DNA of 64,000 nucleotides from IMG/VR virus record IMGVR_UViG_3300044844_000310; one strand, 5' to 3'. Positions 28,601-38,435 of this stretch are shown here, in pieces. This DNA comes from an uncultured virus (IMG/VR IMGVR_UViG_3300044844_000310). Lineage: Duplodnaviria; Heunggongvirae; Uroviricota; Caudoviricetes. The notes under the pieces are model-generated. The model did no database searches. It saw only the letters and a program-made list of their open reading frames with translations, and was not told the origin of the DNA. Both the position numbers and the translations under genes were made by a program. How positions within the stretch are numbered: the first letter of the stretch is position 1; every line of letters begins with the position of its first letter.

Positions 28601-31600
28601 AACGCCTGACTCTAAAAATGTGGCCGAGTTCTGGTCGCGTAATGTCAATAGAGATCCGGGCGAGCTGCTTGCTTACGGTTTGACTTCTCCAACATTCCGG
28701 CAAGTGCTCAGTGAATATACTGCGGATGGAAAGCGAATCACTGAAGCAGAGAAAAAGAACAGAGAGTTTGAAGCATCTCGTCGTATGGGACGGGAGCCGA
28801 CGCGCCCGCAAGCGCCTACGCTGTGGAATAAATTCACGGACTTCATGCGCAAGCTATTTGGTATTCCAGAGAAGAACAGAATAGCTTTTGAAAAGGCGCT
28901 TGGTGATTACCATCAGCGCGTTGCTGATCGTAAGGCAAGGATTGAAGAACTCGCTCAAATGAAACCTGCTCTGGCAGAGCTTGAAACAGCACTGCAGTCA
29001 TTGCTTAAAACTACGGAAGCGGAAGGCATTGGCCTTCCTAGCAAGAAAGCTAGCCCGCAGATCGCTAAGCAGATTGCCGACGATGAAGAGATAGCTCGTG
29101 AAGTGCACAAAGAACAGCCCGATGAAATTGGGTTGGCAGGTGAGCTGAGGGAGCGTAGCTTTTCTCAAAAGTTTGCAGACGGAGCGCGTGACATATTCAA
29201 AGAAGGGCGCAGAACCTCCTTCACCAGTGAATGGTTGGATATGTACGATGATCTGGGTAAAGCCACTAAAGATCGCCCCATGATGGTAGACGGCAAAGCC
29301 GCTGTTGATATGGTGGCAAGTGCTTATGCGCAAGCAGGGAACCTGCTGACCGACGCCGTACATAATGGTTCTATCATGCCTAACGGTGACGGAACCTACC
29401 GCGTACAGAAAAACCCGAATGTGGCTCTTGAGCGTATCTACCGCGATATTACTGAAGCAGGTAAAGCAGAAAAGTTTAACAACATGCTCGTCGGTCTGGT
29501 TGCTCGCACCATCCGTGCAGAAGATCAGAAGAAAAAGGACACCGCTGCTAACTACGAAGTGATGGCAGATGATCTGCGCGCCGCAGCTCGACGCACGAAA
29601 GATGCAAAGAAAAAGGCAAGTTTCATAGAGACGGCTGAGTCCCTTGAAGGTAAAGCAGAGGAAATTACTAAGCTGTTTCAGAATCAGTACGAGAGCCGCA
29701 CATGGGCTACTGATGAACAAGTGAAAATGGCTGAGGCTTTGGAAGCCTCTGATCCACAGCTTGCCAACGAAGCGCAAAACGTCTACAGCCTGCTGAGAAC
29801 GTGCGTCGATAACCTTGAGTCTAGCGGTGTAATCAATAAGGAGTTCGCTGACTTCTGCCGTACGCGTCCGAACTATATCCCGCTGTACAAGAATATGGAG
29901 AATGAACTCCAGAAAGACTTCGACAGTATGCTCTACGATCCTACGAACCATGCACTAGTCGATGCGTTCCGTAGCAGTATGCGTAGCACTAAGCGTCAGC
30001 CGGGTATCAAGCAGCAGAAGCGCCACTTCCATGAAGTCATGGTTGAAGCCAACCTACTCAAGCATCTGGCTATGACCACCATGATGTCGATGCGCAACGA
30101 TCTCAACAAAGCCTTTGCTGAACAGTTATCTGTTGCAGGGTCAGCGGAACGTGTGAAGCATAAGGAGCAGGCTGATCTCACGGTCATGGAGAATGGTGAG
30201 CCCCAGTACTACAAGGTCTACGACAAGCAGGCATTGTTTGCTCTCATGGGTGCACAGCCTCTGGTCAATCCGATCTTCCGTCAGCTCAAGAAAGTTTCGA
30301 ACCTTGTGCGCGGTGTGATGGTTATGAATCCTCTGTTCTGGTTCAGGCAGTTGGTGCGCGAACCGTTGACTGCCAGCGCCGTTGCTCGTGTGGGTATGGT
30401 CACTCCGTTCGATACGATGAAAGAGCTCACCAAGATCATGGCGAACAAGTCAGAGTGGTATGAAAAGCTCCAACGTAGAGGTATCGTAGCTGCACAGGAT
30501 GTAATCACTGATCCCGTTGAGTTCTCCAAGTACGTCAGCAAGGACAAAGGTTGGGTGATCAAAGGCGTCGATCAGGTTAAGAAAATTCACGAAGCAGTGG
30601 ACGGTGCCACACGCGCCGTCGTTGCTGACAAGGCATATAAGCAAGCTATTAGTGAAGGGTTCAGTCCTAAAGACGCTGAGAACATTGCGGCAATCAAGGC
30701 CCGAGAGATTATCAACTTTGCGCGTCAGGGACGCTCTGAGTTGGCTCGCACCATGCGAGCTGTCACTCCATTCTTTGGCGCCGCGCTGAACGGTCTGCAT
30801 GTTGCTGCTAAAGCTATGGCTCCTGAGAAGATCGGGCGTCTGTCTAAGGCAGAGGCGATGGAACAACGGCGTATTTTCTACACTCGTGCTGCTCTGGTTG
30901 CGATGTATACGTCAGCCTATGCTATGGCAATGTCTGATGACGAGGATTATCTGAAGGCTACGGATCGCGCTTCGAATTGGTTAATACCCACTGGAGATAA
31001 GGACCAGCCGTTCATTAAAGAACCGATCCAGTTTGAATTAGGTGCACTGCTCAAGACGATTCCAGAAGCTATCACTCTGGCGAACATGGGTGTCATTAGC
31101 ACCAAGAGAGCGGCCAAGGAAGTCGGTAAGACGGTGATGGATACGGTGATTCCTCCGTTCCCTATGATCTATGCTGTAAAACCTTTGGCAGAAGCGGCGA
31201 TGAACTTCGACTTCCACAACTGGGCGCCGATTGAAAGCCGTGGAGATTCAGAGAAGCTCCCTTACTTGCGTGACCGCAGGGCAGGAGAACTGATGAAGGA
31301 CGTAGCGAAAGAGCTGCACGGTATGGGTATTGATGCAGAGGTGCTGTCTCCAGATCGTATGGAGCGCGTGATGGAAGGGTACTTTGGGCAGGTGTGGGGC
31401 TTGGCTAGGGTTGCATCTGATTATGCTCTCTACAATGGGCCAGAAAAGCCGGAGAAGATTCTTGCGGATCAGCCTTTCTTTAAGGGCGTGCTAGTGAAGG
31501 GTGCCAAGGATAAGGCAGTGGAAGACTTCTACGATGTATACGAAGAGGTCAAACAGTTTGCAGCTACGGAAAGCGCTGCACGGACCAAGGGCAATACGCA

Positions 31601-31838
31601 GTTGATGCAGACGCTCAAGGATGACCCGAAGTTTAAGGATCTAATGCGCTCCAAGGAAGCTCTGAAAGAGAACATGGATACCATGAATGAACTCTCTGCC
31701 AACATCGAGCGCGTTACGAACCGCACGGACCTAGACCCTCGGGTTAAGAAGCAGCGGATAGATAAGCTAACTGAGGACAGGAATCGCGTAGCTGCTAAAG
31801 GCGTGCGCCTCGCTAGACAGTACGGGTTTGAGATATAA
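25632..31838 (+). CDS. large polyvalent virion protein (SLT transglycosylase, zincin-like, LPD38-like)
   Basis: QES-x-FNP-x-AISPKGA-x-G-x-x-QFMP-x-TA, ALAGYNAG, ETQKYV; HEMVH; C-terminal PFF-x-A...P-x-x-FELG-x-L-x-K. Confidence 0.85.
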   Translation: MSQRNPLDFLFDTSVGSGSSKLDELLGIRPITEEERAANRARLAELESPVRGEALPTGSIPQLSKDAKERAAQLAPIYKEVSAMYGVPYDLLMAQAHQESGFNPAAISPKGAVGTAQFMPATAKRFGLTNPSDPVASAHAQAKYMRSLLDMFGGDPSLALAGYNAGEGNVKKYGGIPRFEETQKYVARVNQLRGLYGEQGAAPEGMLDVSNPNSPAAQYLAPSAQPAQPAMVPVLLSTGETINVDPNHTLDDVARILKDNGEDAIPMRGFQTVQGEVINVPYTMGDEDIMHTLRRDAPELTVAKGEPVPDYTSLGAAGKQALKSSLGQLGLGGAELAKAVGAEGIAKTAEEWARQKQKEAAGAFEMPTEEQAGVIKRKVGIPLVQAGAGIVPILPAMAVPGVGGLATAAGLMGTQELGALKERAEAEGKDFKLGEAAPYAAAAGAVNLLPWGRIAPLFRAASEDAILGSREAIQAMVAKEGVEATQQKIGGYVSNALKNAGLAEAAGASADIATSVLERSYTDKPLWDKGAFEEYKDTLAQGAPFYAITGAGAGLAGRHMKATELEKIKEQEAAKTQIGTQKLRASEEDEGVEVPEGAPEVARPKLPFEIPEELQSLPLRDALNVMESRGDLPPMARDYLKMEVEPYASKIQGPEPTDAGGGERPKGGEEIGYPTEGGEGVRVSDQISKEPTAEGKVQETVTPAAPLKEPLLFTWAKGQYGVLDEEAIHRKALEKGPVPIDSGGGMSREYEAAFGKHFHQKAQEYFAPGGGYEQGNRFRVNTRRGSYIFKTLDDAKDFAEKYGMKKGTRRTLDEYTPVDVAVQAQEGVGVPQAIEAPQVQTAVVRNPDQGALPLDIAKFSDVKTGKDLLERYTQHGTHKELGDLAHQLLQSPYAKDVGVSFVKTGDTLSSDIVHAFRTANGVTETGPTGSNVFFRSDNPDAFTEHVLTHEMVHGLTTGSIARNPAVKGQLDLMSSKINGALDNAARHPSATPDSKNVAEFWSRNVNRDPGELLAYGLTSPTFRQVLSEYTADGKRITEAEKKNREFEASRRMGREPTRPQAPTLWNKFTDFMRKLFGIPEKNRIAFEKALGDYHQRVADRKARIEELAQMKPALAELETALQSLLKTTEAEGIGLPSKKASPQIAKQIADDEEIAREVHKEQPDEIGLAGELRERSFSQKFADGARDIFKEGRRTSFTSEWLDMYDDLGKATKDRPMMVDGKAAVDMVASAYAQAGNLLTDAVHNGSIMPNGDGTYRVQKNPNVALERIYRDITEAGKAEKFNNMLVGLVARTIRAEDQKKKDTAANYEVMADDLRAAARRTKDAKKKASFIETAESLEGKAEEITKLFQNQYESRTWATDEQVKMAEALEASDPQLANEAQNVYSLLRTCVDNLESSGVINKEFADFCRTRPNYIPLYKNMENELQKDFDSMLYDPTNHALVDAFRSSMRSTKRQPGIKQQKRHFHEVMVEANLLKHLAMTTMMSMRNDLNKAFAEQLSVAGSAERVKHKEQADLTVMENGEPQYYKVYDKQALFALMGAQPLVNPIFRQLKKVSNLVRGVMVMNPLFWFRQLVREPLTASAVARVGMVTPFDTMKELTKIMANKSEWYEKLQRRGIVAAQDVITDPVEFSKYVSKDKGWVIKGVDQVKKIHEAVDGATRAVVADKAYKQAISEGFSPKDAENIAAIKAREIINFARQGRSELARTMRAVTPFFGAALNGLHVAAKAMAPEKIGRLSKAEAMEQRRIFYTRAALVAMYTSAYAMAMSDDEDYLKATDRASNWLIPTGDKDQPFIKEPIQFELGALLKTIPEAITLANMGVISTKRAAKEVGKTVMDTVIPPFPMIYAVKPLAEAAMNFDFHNWAPIESRGDSEKLPYLRDRRAGELMKDVAKELHGMGIDAEVLSPDRMERVMEGYFGQVWGLARVASDYALYNGPEKPEKILADQPFFKGVLVKGAKDKAVEDFYDVYEEVKQFAATESAARTKGNTQLMQTLKDDPKFKDLMRSKEALKENMDTMNELSANIERVTNRTDLDPRVKKQRIDKLTEDRNRVAAKGVRLARQYGFEI

Positions 31839-31868
31839 AAAAGGCCCCGGTAGGAGAGAAGCCGGGGC
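31837..31868 (-). terminator. intrinsic terminator at the convergence of the two arms
   Basis: GCCCCGG/CCGGGGC stem with an A6 run on + (U tract on -). Confidence 0.7.
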
Positions 31869-31910
31869 AGCACTATGGGGAGATGAATGAACGAAGTTAG
31901 ACTTTACCAG

Positions 31911-34856
31911 CTAATCGGGGCTTGTCAACTTCGCCGTATTAAAGCGATAGGTCCTGACAGGTGCCGTGTTGTAGGCGCTGGTGTCGTAGCCAAGATTGAA
32001 AAACTCTTCCTTATCGAGCACGCCTTTGCTCTTCAATGCTTCCACCACCTGATGGCTGGGAACGCGATTCAGACGTAACCACTTCTCAAAGTCAGCCACT
32101 GCCAAGTACAGGCGTTTGGTCTTCACTTCGTGGCGCCCTTTCAGAGCACCAATGACAGGTTTTAAAGACTGCTGGTTCAGCAGGTTCTCGTCCGTCTCTG
32201 TTTCACCGCTCTGCACAACAAGGATCTGCGCAATCGTCTGGTTCCAATACTCACTAATGACCGCCTCGTAGTTTGCTTCGTCTGAGATAGTGACCGCTTT
32301 CTTGAGCACAACTCGCGTATCGTCCAGTAGCCCAGAGGCCCATTTCATAACAGGCTCGATAGGAATGTCGATCAACCCCAAACGATTTGCGATCTCGGCC
32401 CCTGCGAAAGCTGCTGCGAAGCAAGCGGAGTAGAAGCGCTCCTTGGACTCAGCACCAATCATTTCATCGTACTGTGCCTGTATCTCGCGTAGCCGCTCAA
32501 TGACATCCTGCTTGTTGGGCACCACGTATCGCATGAACTCCTCACCCGCATGGCCGTAATTGTGCGGCAAGGTGTACGCATAGATTTCATCCGCCTCTGC
32601 CTTTGTCAGTGATCGGTCTATCGGCACTGGGGCTTCAAAGATTCGATACATTTCACCTTCTACCTGCGCCTTATGCTGACGCAACGTATCGTGCAAGCTG
32701 TTGTTACCAGAGGTGAGGAAGATGGTTTCCCATGTCGTATTGTTTTCACGCTCCTCGTTGTCGCCGCTCTTCAAGCGGTTCTTGCCTCTACCTGCTGACA
32801 GATCGAAAGAGAACCGACTCGCCGCCTCCGGCAGCATGTTTGTGATTTCATCAATGGCGCACAGAATGTTGTGCAGAATGCCAGCCCTGTTGATCTTGGC
32901 GTTGGGCGTATCGTTTTCTGTCAGAAGGGCTCGCAGGGGATCACCCCAAACACTCAGCGCTACCTTCTGGATAGATGACTTACCAACACCCGATGCCGCA
33001 TTGGTCAGGTGCACGATCATGCTGCCTTCACCAATGAACTTGTACAGAGGAGCACCGAAGCTGCAGAACAAACCGAACGCACGGGCTTCGTTGCCCGGCT
33101 TGGCATAGTAGTTGGCGATCTTCCGCCACTCGTCCAATGACCCACGCTTGGAATAGATATCAGCAATCTTCTCCAATGATGACTTGATCGGGCTGTACTT
33201 GAGGTCTCCGTTCTTATCAATCTCTCGTGACCCAATGACGAACACCGTATCGTTGTCCTGCCAACCGAACTGCGACCGTGCTTTGTCTGCGCTGTTTTCT
33301 TTCTGCAATCTCGAAACCCATGCTGCTATGTATTTCTTTAATAAGTCTAGCCTGCGACTGTGGTGCGCAGCGGTTATACCTTTGTCAGACAGAAGCGCTT
33401 GGAGCTTCTCAGTCTTGAACACATCCGACAAAGGAGCAGAGAACTCTAGCAATCCGTCGTGAGGCAAATGCCTTGCCATCAGTATCATTTCCTTGTTCCC
33501 GTCCCACATACGGCGCTTAACCCAGAAGTCGTGTTCGTAGACTAGGACTTCATCTGGGTCGTCATCATCGTCGTCGTTGTTATTAGAAGAGCCCTGCGCA
33601 TCGGGTTTACCTCTTAAAGCAACGCCCCCTGCTTTCGGGCGCATCCAAGGGAACGGGTACTCATTAGGTAGCTCGACGGTGACGGTCTCACCTAACGTCT
33701 CGTGCTTTACTTCAATGATGTTGTCTTCCGGCGTAGCCTGTTCGATTACAGTACCCAGAACAAGAGGAGTACTGATCTTGCCTCTATGAATGCACTGGCC
33801 ACAGAGCTGCGGATGTTCTAAGCCTTTCCATGTTTCGCACAGATAGGGACCAACGCGCTTGCTTGCCTTGTCGTACCATTCTTCAGGACCCGTACCGGGA
33901 TACCCCCGAGAGACCATCTCAATACCGTCAATCTTATCGACGCAGAACCATGCGATAGAAAGCGCCGCGGTCCACATTGGTTCTTCAAGATTCTCACTGT
34001 TGGCAACGCAATAGGCGATCTGCGGACATCCTGCGCTTCGAGTAACCTTCTTCTTTATGAGACGGAATGCTTTGCTGCCATCAATCTGCTCATATTCTTC
34101 CTCGACTTCCTCTTCACGCTCAATCGTCTCAATGCTCTTTTTGTAGATACGGCTGAACTTGTACTTGTTGCTCTCCTTCAAGAGCTTTTCCATAACAGGA
34201 TCAGAAGTCTGTGCTGTATAGGCACCACGAGGGATATAGCTGATCAGACCTGTAAAGGTCTCAAGGTCTATGGCGTCCACCGTATGGCGCAAGCGCACAG
34301 GGCGGTGCTTATGCACCCTCTTCTTATTGATCGTTCCCGGTACGCGAAGTATTCGGGCACCGTCTGCTGATACGACTGGATCAGCTTTGAGCTCGTGCTG
34401 TCGCACAAACTTCTTGAACGCGTCAGCGATAGGCTTCCACGTGTTGTATTCGACAGCCTCAGTTAGAGGCCAATAGGCGTGCACTCCATTGCCTGAATCA
34501 ACAAGCGTAGGCAGAGGCAAGCGCGTCTCAGAACAAAATCTATTGAGGTCATTGATGGCCTCCTGCTTGGTTTCGTAACCACCATCTCCCTTACCACAGT
34601 CTAAGTCCACATAGAAAGCACGTAGCGTATGGATGTTTCGCACATCTTTTTTCTTAGAGGAGTCCTGATAGCTTGCGCAACCAAAGTAGACTTCTCTCCC
34701 GCTTTCGTCCATCTCCTGTATGAATTCATCTGCGTCTTCACTCCCCTGATCAAAATACTTGACGATGGCTGGAGCAGACTTGTCGTGCATGAGCCCAACA
34801 ATGCAGAGGAGTCCATGTTGTGGGAGTACATTATTAAATAATTCTAGTCCTTTCAT
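31911..34856 (-). CDS. primase (AEP/RepB-like) fused to DUF927 helicase-like domain
   Basis: YVDLDCG, SGNGVHAYW, RILRVPGT, Cys cluster, QFGW, Walker A SGVGKS, DEIT. Confidence 0.85.
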   Translation of the reverse strand: MKGLELFNNVLPQHGLLCIVGLMHDKSAPAIVKYFDQGSEDADEFIQEMDESGREVYFGCASYQDSSKKKDVRNIHTLRAFYVDLDCGKGDGGYETKQEAINDLNRFCSETRLPLPTLVDSGNGVHAYWPLTEAVEYNTWKPIADAFKKFVRQHELKADPVVSADGARILRVPGTINKKRVHKHRPVRLRHTVDAIDLETFTGLISYIPRGAYTAQTSDPVMEKLLKESNKYKFSRIYKKSIETIEREEEVEEEYEQIDGSKAFRLIKKKVTRSAGCPQIAYCVANSENLEEPMWTAALSIAWFCVDKIDGIEMVSRGYPGTGPEEWYDKASKRVGPYLCETWKGLEHPQLCGQCIHRGKISTPLVLGTVIEQATPEDNIIEVKHETLGETVTVELPNEYPFPWMRPKAGGVALRGKPDAQGSSNNNDDDDDDPDEVLVYEHDFWVKRRMWDGNKEMILMARHLPHDGLLEFSAPLSDVFKTEKLQALLSDKGITAAHHSRRLDLLKKYIAAWVSRLQKENSADKARSQFGWQDNDTVFVIGSREIDKNGDLKYSPIKSSLEKIADIYSKRGSLDEWRKIANYYAKPGNEARAFGLFCSFGAPLYKFIGEGSMIVHLTNAASGVGKSSIQKVALSVWGDPLRALLTENDTPNAKINRAGILHNILCAIDEITNMLPEAASRFSFDLSAGRGKNRLKSGDNEERENNTTWETIFLTSGNNSLHDTLRQHKAQVEGEMYRIFEAPVPIDRSLTKAEADEIYAYTLPHNYGHAGEEFMRYVVPNKQDVIERLREIQAQYDEMIGAESKERFYSACFAAAFAGAEIANRLGLIDIPIEPVMKWASGLLDDTRVVLKKAVTISDEANYEAVISEYWNQTIAQILVVQSGETETDENLLNQQSLKPVIGALKGRHEVKTKRLYLAVADFEKWLRLNRVPSHQVVEALKSKGVLDKEEFFNLGYDTSAYNTAPVRTYRFNTAKLTSPD

Positions 34857-34915
34857 TTCCCCGCCTCGAACCGGAAAGGGAGGTCCTAAGACCTCCCTGT
34901 GTTACCCCAATGCTA

Positions 34916-35824
34916 TCACTCGTCGTCAGCCCAATCGTTAAGCATTGAATCAACGTCTACCGGGTCTTTAGGCTCAGGTGCTTTTGACTTACTGGCACGC
35001 ACTGTCGGCTCATCCACTTCAGGTTTGTCCTCTTCACGGAACAGCGGCTTCTCTGCTGCGGGTGGCGCCGGAGTCGGCTCCTGTGCTTTCTTAGCCATAT
35101 CCATCTGTGCAGGATTGAAGGTAATCGCCGCTTCAGCTTCAGGGCTCGTGCCCTTGATAATAGCGACATTCTTCTCATCTTCGTTCAGGCGGCGTACCGC
35201 ACGGAAGAACAGCTTGGGAGAGTCAGAGTCATCATCAAACGCCAGCTCAGTAACAACCTGAGTGATGCTGTAGTTGTACCCAGCCAACTGCTTAACGTAA
35301 GCGTCGAGCGGCATGTTACCGTTCTGCACCTTACCAAAGATGGAAGCAGCCGGGAGCTGAATCTGATAGACATCAGAGTTCTCCACATCATTAGCCAGAA
35401 TTACGGCAAGCCTACGAGAGAACTTACATGCGCGTGATCCATTGGTACCAGAACCTCCCCTATTCTTAGGACAGGCCTCACAAGTATTTCCTTGGGGCGC
35501 TGCAGACCGTGCATCAGGACGGACTCCGTCATTCGACCAGCAATCCGGCATTCCTACCGCGCTAGGGTCATAAGCCTTCGAATACCAGTGACGGCTCACA
35601 GCAGGAGCAGCGTTCACTACGACTACATCCAGAGTGCTTCCGGGTGCCTTGGCTGCTACGCTACCATTCACAACCATACTGAACTTCTTGCCACGGATCG
35701 AAATGCGCTTGTAGTTCGCACTGCCCAGAAGGCGTTTAGTAATTTCATCAAGCCCCTGCGGGTTAGCAAGGACAACATCTTTTTCATCCCTAAAAAGGGT
35801 AATTTCATTCGCCATAGTGATCAC
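34916..35824 (-). CDS. putative ssDNA-binding/annealing protein
   Basis: RISIRG, PDCWSNDG, C-x-x-CP-x-N, ACK-x-x-RRLAV, acidic C-terminus DWADDE. Confidence 0.65.
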   Translation of the reverse strand: MITMANEITLFRDEKDVVLANPQGLDEITKRLLGSANYKRISIRGKKFSMVVNGSVAAKAPGSTLDVVVVNAAPAVSRHWYSKAYDPSAVGMPDCWSNDGVRPDARSAAPQGNTCEACPKNRGGSGTNGSRACKFSRRLAVILANDVENSDVYQIQLPAASIFGKVQNGNMPLDAYVKQLAGYNYSITQVVTELAFDDDSDSPKLFFRAVRRLNEDEKNVAIIKGTSPEAEAAITFNPAQMDMAKKAQEPTPAPPAAEKPLFREEDKPEVDEPTVRASKSKAPEPKDPVDVDSMLNDWADDE

Positions 35825-36229
35825 CTATCGTGCGGTTGGTCTTCTAACAGTTACCGTGTACTTGCTATCAATGCGAAGCCCCGGTGGGTACTCTTCTGGA
35901 TGCGCATCCAGAAATTCTTTCATTGCGGAGTTGTTGATCCGCTTCCACAGCAGGTACGGTGCTTGATACTTGATGACCAAATTGTGCATCGCATCCCAAT
36001 CTGAGGTGCTGTAGTCAGTAGTTACGGAGCGAATGATCGTTCCGTGGGCGGTTCGTATGCTCGACGCGTTTTGCTCTTCGCAGAGCAGAGTCAGCTCATT
36101 TGTGATCTCACGCATTCGAGTCTCGAACACTTCCTTCTTTTGCTCATAGATATCGTCCAGACGTTTTTTAGCGTCTCGTAATTTGATGAACTCATCTGCT
36201 AATTCATCTGCGGATTGTCTAGTTTCCAT
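35825..36229 (-). CDS. conserved replication-module coiled-coil protein
   Basis: IKLRD...SIRT-x-HGT...DW...LL-x-KRI...PPG. Confidence 0.6.
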   Translation of the reverse strand: METRQSADELADEFIKLRDAKKRLDDIYEQKKEVFETRMREITNELTLLCEEQNASSIRTAHGTIIRSVTTDYSTSDWDAMHNLVIKYQAPYLLWKRINNSAMKEFLDAHPEEYPPGLRIDSKYTVTVRRPTAR

Positions 36230-36279
36230 ATATAACTCCGTTGTTAACGCATTCCCATCGCAACCTGCGACGTAAGGTT

Positions 36280-36309
36280 ATTATATCAGTATTCATACAA
36301 TCATATCAA
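36280..36309 (-). promoter_or_regulatory. possible sigma70-like promoter
   Basis: TTGATA-N18-TATAAT on the minus strand. Confidence 0.4.
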
Positions 36310-37872
36310 TCCTCCTAAGAATCCTTTATATAGTTCCAATAGACTGTTCTGCGCAAGTGTCCTAGTTTCGAGCGCTTTGTACAATTCCTTCTCTACCGGA
36401 GAAGAGCACAGGTGCACTACTAGACAGGGGTTTTTCTGTCCCGCTCGATGGACTCGGGCGTTCGCCTGCAGATAGGTTTCCGCGCTAGTCGTCGGGGAAA
36501 ACCAGCATACCGTATTTGCGGCGGTTAGTGTAACACCATGAGCTGCGGCCTGTGGTTGAATGACAAGCACCCGAGGATCTTTGTTCTTCTGGAACTCATC
36601 GAAGATAGCAGTGCGCTTCTTGGCAGAAACCCCACCGTGGATGGCTTCGTTGCTGATCCCATGCTTGTTCAAGAACCCCTGCACCATCTCGATAGAATGC
36701 CGGAAATTACAGAATATGAGTGTCTTATGTGAGGACTGCTCCACTACATTCAATAGCTCGTCCAGTTTGGTCTTGCAGTCGAACTCCACCACCTCGCCAG
36801 TATCGGAATAGATTGCGCCCGATGCAATCTGCAGGAGCTTACCCATCTTGACTGCAGCATTGACGGCTGTGACTTCTTCCCCCGCCGCCTGAATCAACAT
36901 CTCCTTGCGGAGCTTTTCATAGTACTTCTTCTGTTGAGGTGTCATCTCCAACTCGCGTGTCGTGATGAGCTGTTCTGGCAGGTCTAGGCAATCCTCGGTT
37001 CGGTAGCGAATGGCAGGCTGCATTACGTTGTACACAATATCCGTAGACTCAGGTCGAGGCACCCACTTGAAGGTGCTGATCTTGAACATGACCTTGTCTT
37101 TCCATGCTCCGGCAAACGAAGGCACTGCAGTTGGATTAACCAATCGAGCTTGTCCATAAGCATCTTCGGGACTTTGAGCAGCCGGTGTGCCTGTCAGGAG
37201 CCACAACCATGTCTTTGCAGTTATCAGCGAATTGATGGACTTCCACCGTCTAGTCTTCACATTCTTGAGCGCAGTGCTTTCGTCGCACACAATCAGATCA
37301 AACCCACCTTGCGCAATCTCATCACGTACCGTCTCGACACCATCGTAGTTAATGATGACGAACTCAGACTTGCTGTTGATCACTTGTATTCGAGCGTCCC
37401 TAGAGCCGTGAGCGATACCAACGCGCCGGTGCATAGCTGTCTTGAAAAGATCGTTTCTCCATGCACAGTCCATGATCGACAGAGGGCAGATGATCAGCAC
37501 GCGGTTGATGGCCTTTTCTTTCAGCAGGTAATCCGCCGCCCAGACTACGGCGCTCGTCTTGCCAGTACCCATTGCGTTCAAACAGAATGCACGCTTGTGA
37601 AGCGTCAGGAAAGATGCAGTATCTCTCTGGTGATTGAAGGGTCTGTACATACCGGGCCAGTCATATTTTGCAAGGATAGGAGACAGCACCTTCTTGAACC
37701 CAAGGTTCTTCAGAATGTGTGCATTGCCTAACGTCCAGTGCACAGCGACTTCATATCCAGCGCCTCTATCGGTCTGGTACTCCTTCAGCACTTTAGACTT
37801 CTGGATGACTTCCGTGACCTTGTTCGGATTTTTTGTGCGCACTAACAGCGCATTGTCTGCAAGTATTTCCAT
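36301..37872 (-). CDS. SNF2-family helicase
   Basis: MGTGKT, DEST, LTGTP, HGVTLTAA, QANARVHRAGQ. Confidence 0.9.
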   Translation of the reverse strand: MEILADNALLVRTKNPNKVTEVIQKSKVLKEYQTDRGAGYEVAVHWTLGNAHILKNLGFKKVLSPILAKYDWPGMYRPFNHQRDTASFLTLHKRAFCLNAMGTGKTSAVVWAADYLLKEKAINRVLIICPLSIMDCAWRNDLFKTAMHRRVGIAHGSRDARIQVINSKSEFVIINYDGVETVRDEIAQGGFDLIVCDESTALKNVKTRRWKSINSLITAKTWLWLLTGTPAAQSPEDAYGQARLVNPTAVPSFAGAWKDKVMFKISTFKWVPRPESTDIVYNVMQPAIRYRTEDCLDLPEQLITTRELEMTPQQKKYYEKLRKEMLIQAAGEEVTAVNAAVKMGKLLQIASGAIYSDTGEVVEFDCKTKLDELLNVVEQSSHKTLIFCNFRHSIEMVQGFLNKHGISNEAIHGGVSAKKRTAIFDEFQKNKDPRVLVIQPQAAAHGVTLTAANTVCWFSPTTSAETYLQANARVHRAGQKNPCLVVHLCSSPVEKELYKALETRTLAQNSLLELYKGFLGGLI

Positions 37873-37911
37873 GTTCTTCCCGTCATCGCCTTAAGGGAGG
37901 CGAAGAGCCCA

Positions 37912-38154
37912 TTAAAGAATATCGTACAGTTCGTCTTCGTTTTCTAGTTCTTCCGTTAAATAGGTCAGAAGATCGGGCTTAATCACGCCCTCTGCATGTA
38001 TCCATTTCTTAACCACTTGCCTGCACTGCTTTCGCTCTCGCTTGGCTACAGCAAACGTAAAGTTGATTAGCTGATCTATGTGTCGTTCTATCAGTTCCTC
38101 GGGAAACCCCGAGTTCTTTGACAGGTCACGCACTGCTTTGGGTGTTACCTTCAT
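37912..38154 (-). CDS. hypothetical protein
   Basis: ATGA overlap with upstream gene. Confidence 0.55.
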   Translation of the reverse strand: MKVTPKAVRDLSKNSGFPEELIERHIDQLINFTFAVAKRERKQCRQVVKKWIHAEGVIKPDLLTYLTEELENEDELYDIL

Positions 38155-38435
38155 CGCTTCTTCTTTGGACTATCGTAGGTTGCTTTAGGCTTGTGGTTGC
38201 TGGTTCTAGCAAAGCTGCGGTTTTCGTGCTTAGAGGCTAGGAAGTATCCATCGCCATTGCTACCACCTTTTGACAGCGCTTTCTTGTGAGCAATGTCTTT
38301 TCCATCGCGGGCTACGCCATCTTTGTCCAGCTTGCGCCGGAGCGTCTGCCGCGCCAATTTAGCTTTCAGCACCTTGGGGTTCTTTTCCTGCCGTGCCTTT
38401 TCGTTCTGCCAATCTTGTTTGTAGTCTCTAGCCAT
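38151..38435 (-). CDS. small HNH endonuclease
   Basis: GKDIAHKKALSKGGSN...ENRSF. Confidence 0.75.
   Translation of the reverse strand: MARDYKQDWQNEKARQEKNPKVLKAKLARQTLRRKLDKDGVARDGKDIAHKKALSKGGSNGDGYFLASKHENRSFARTSNHKPKATYDSPKKKR

Noticed and set aside
28998..29951. 317-aa minus-strand ORF (also 22572..23366 and other antisense ORFs)
   Set aside because: Shadow frames of long, codon-biased plus-strand genes; no motifs
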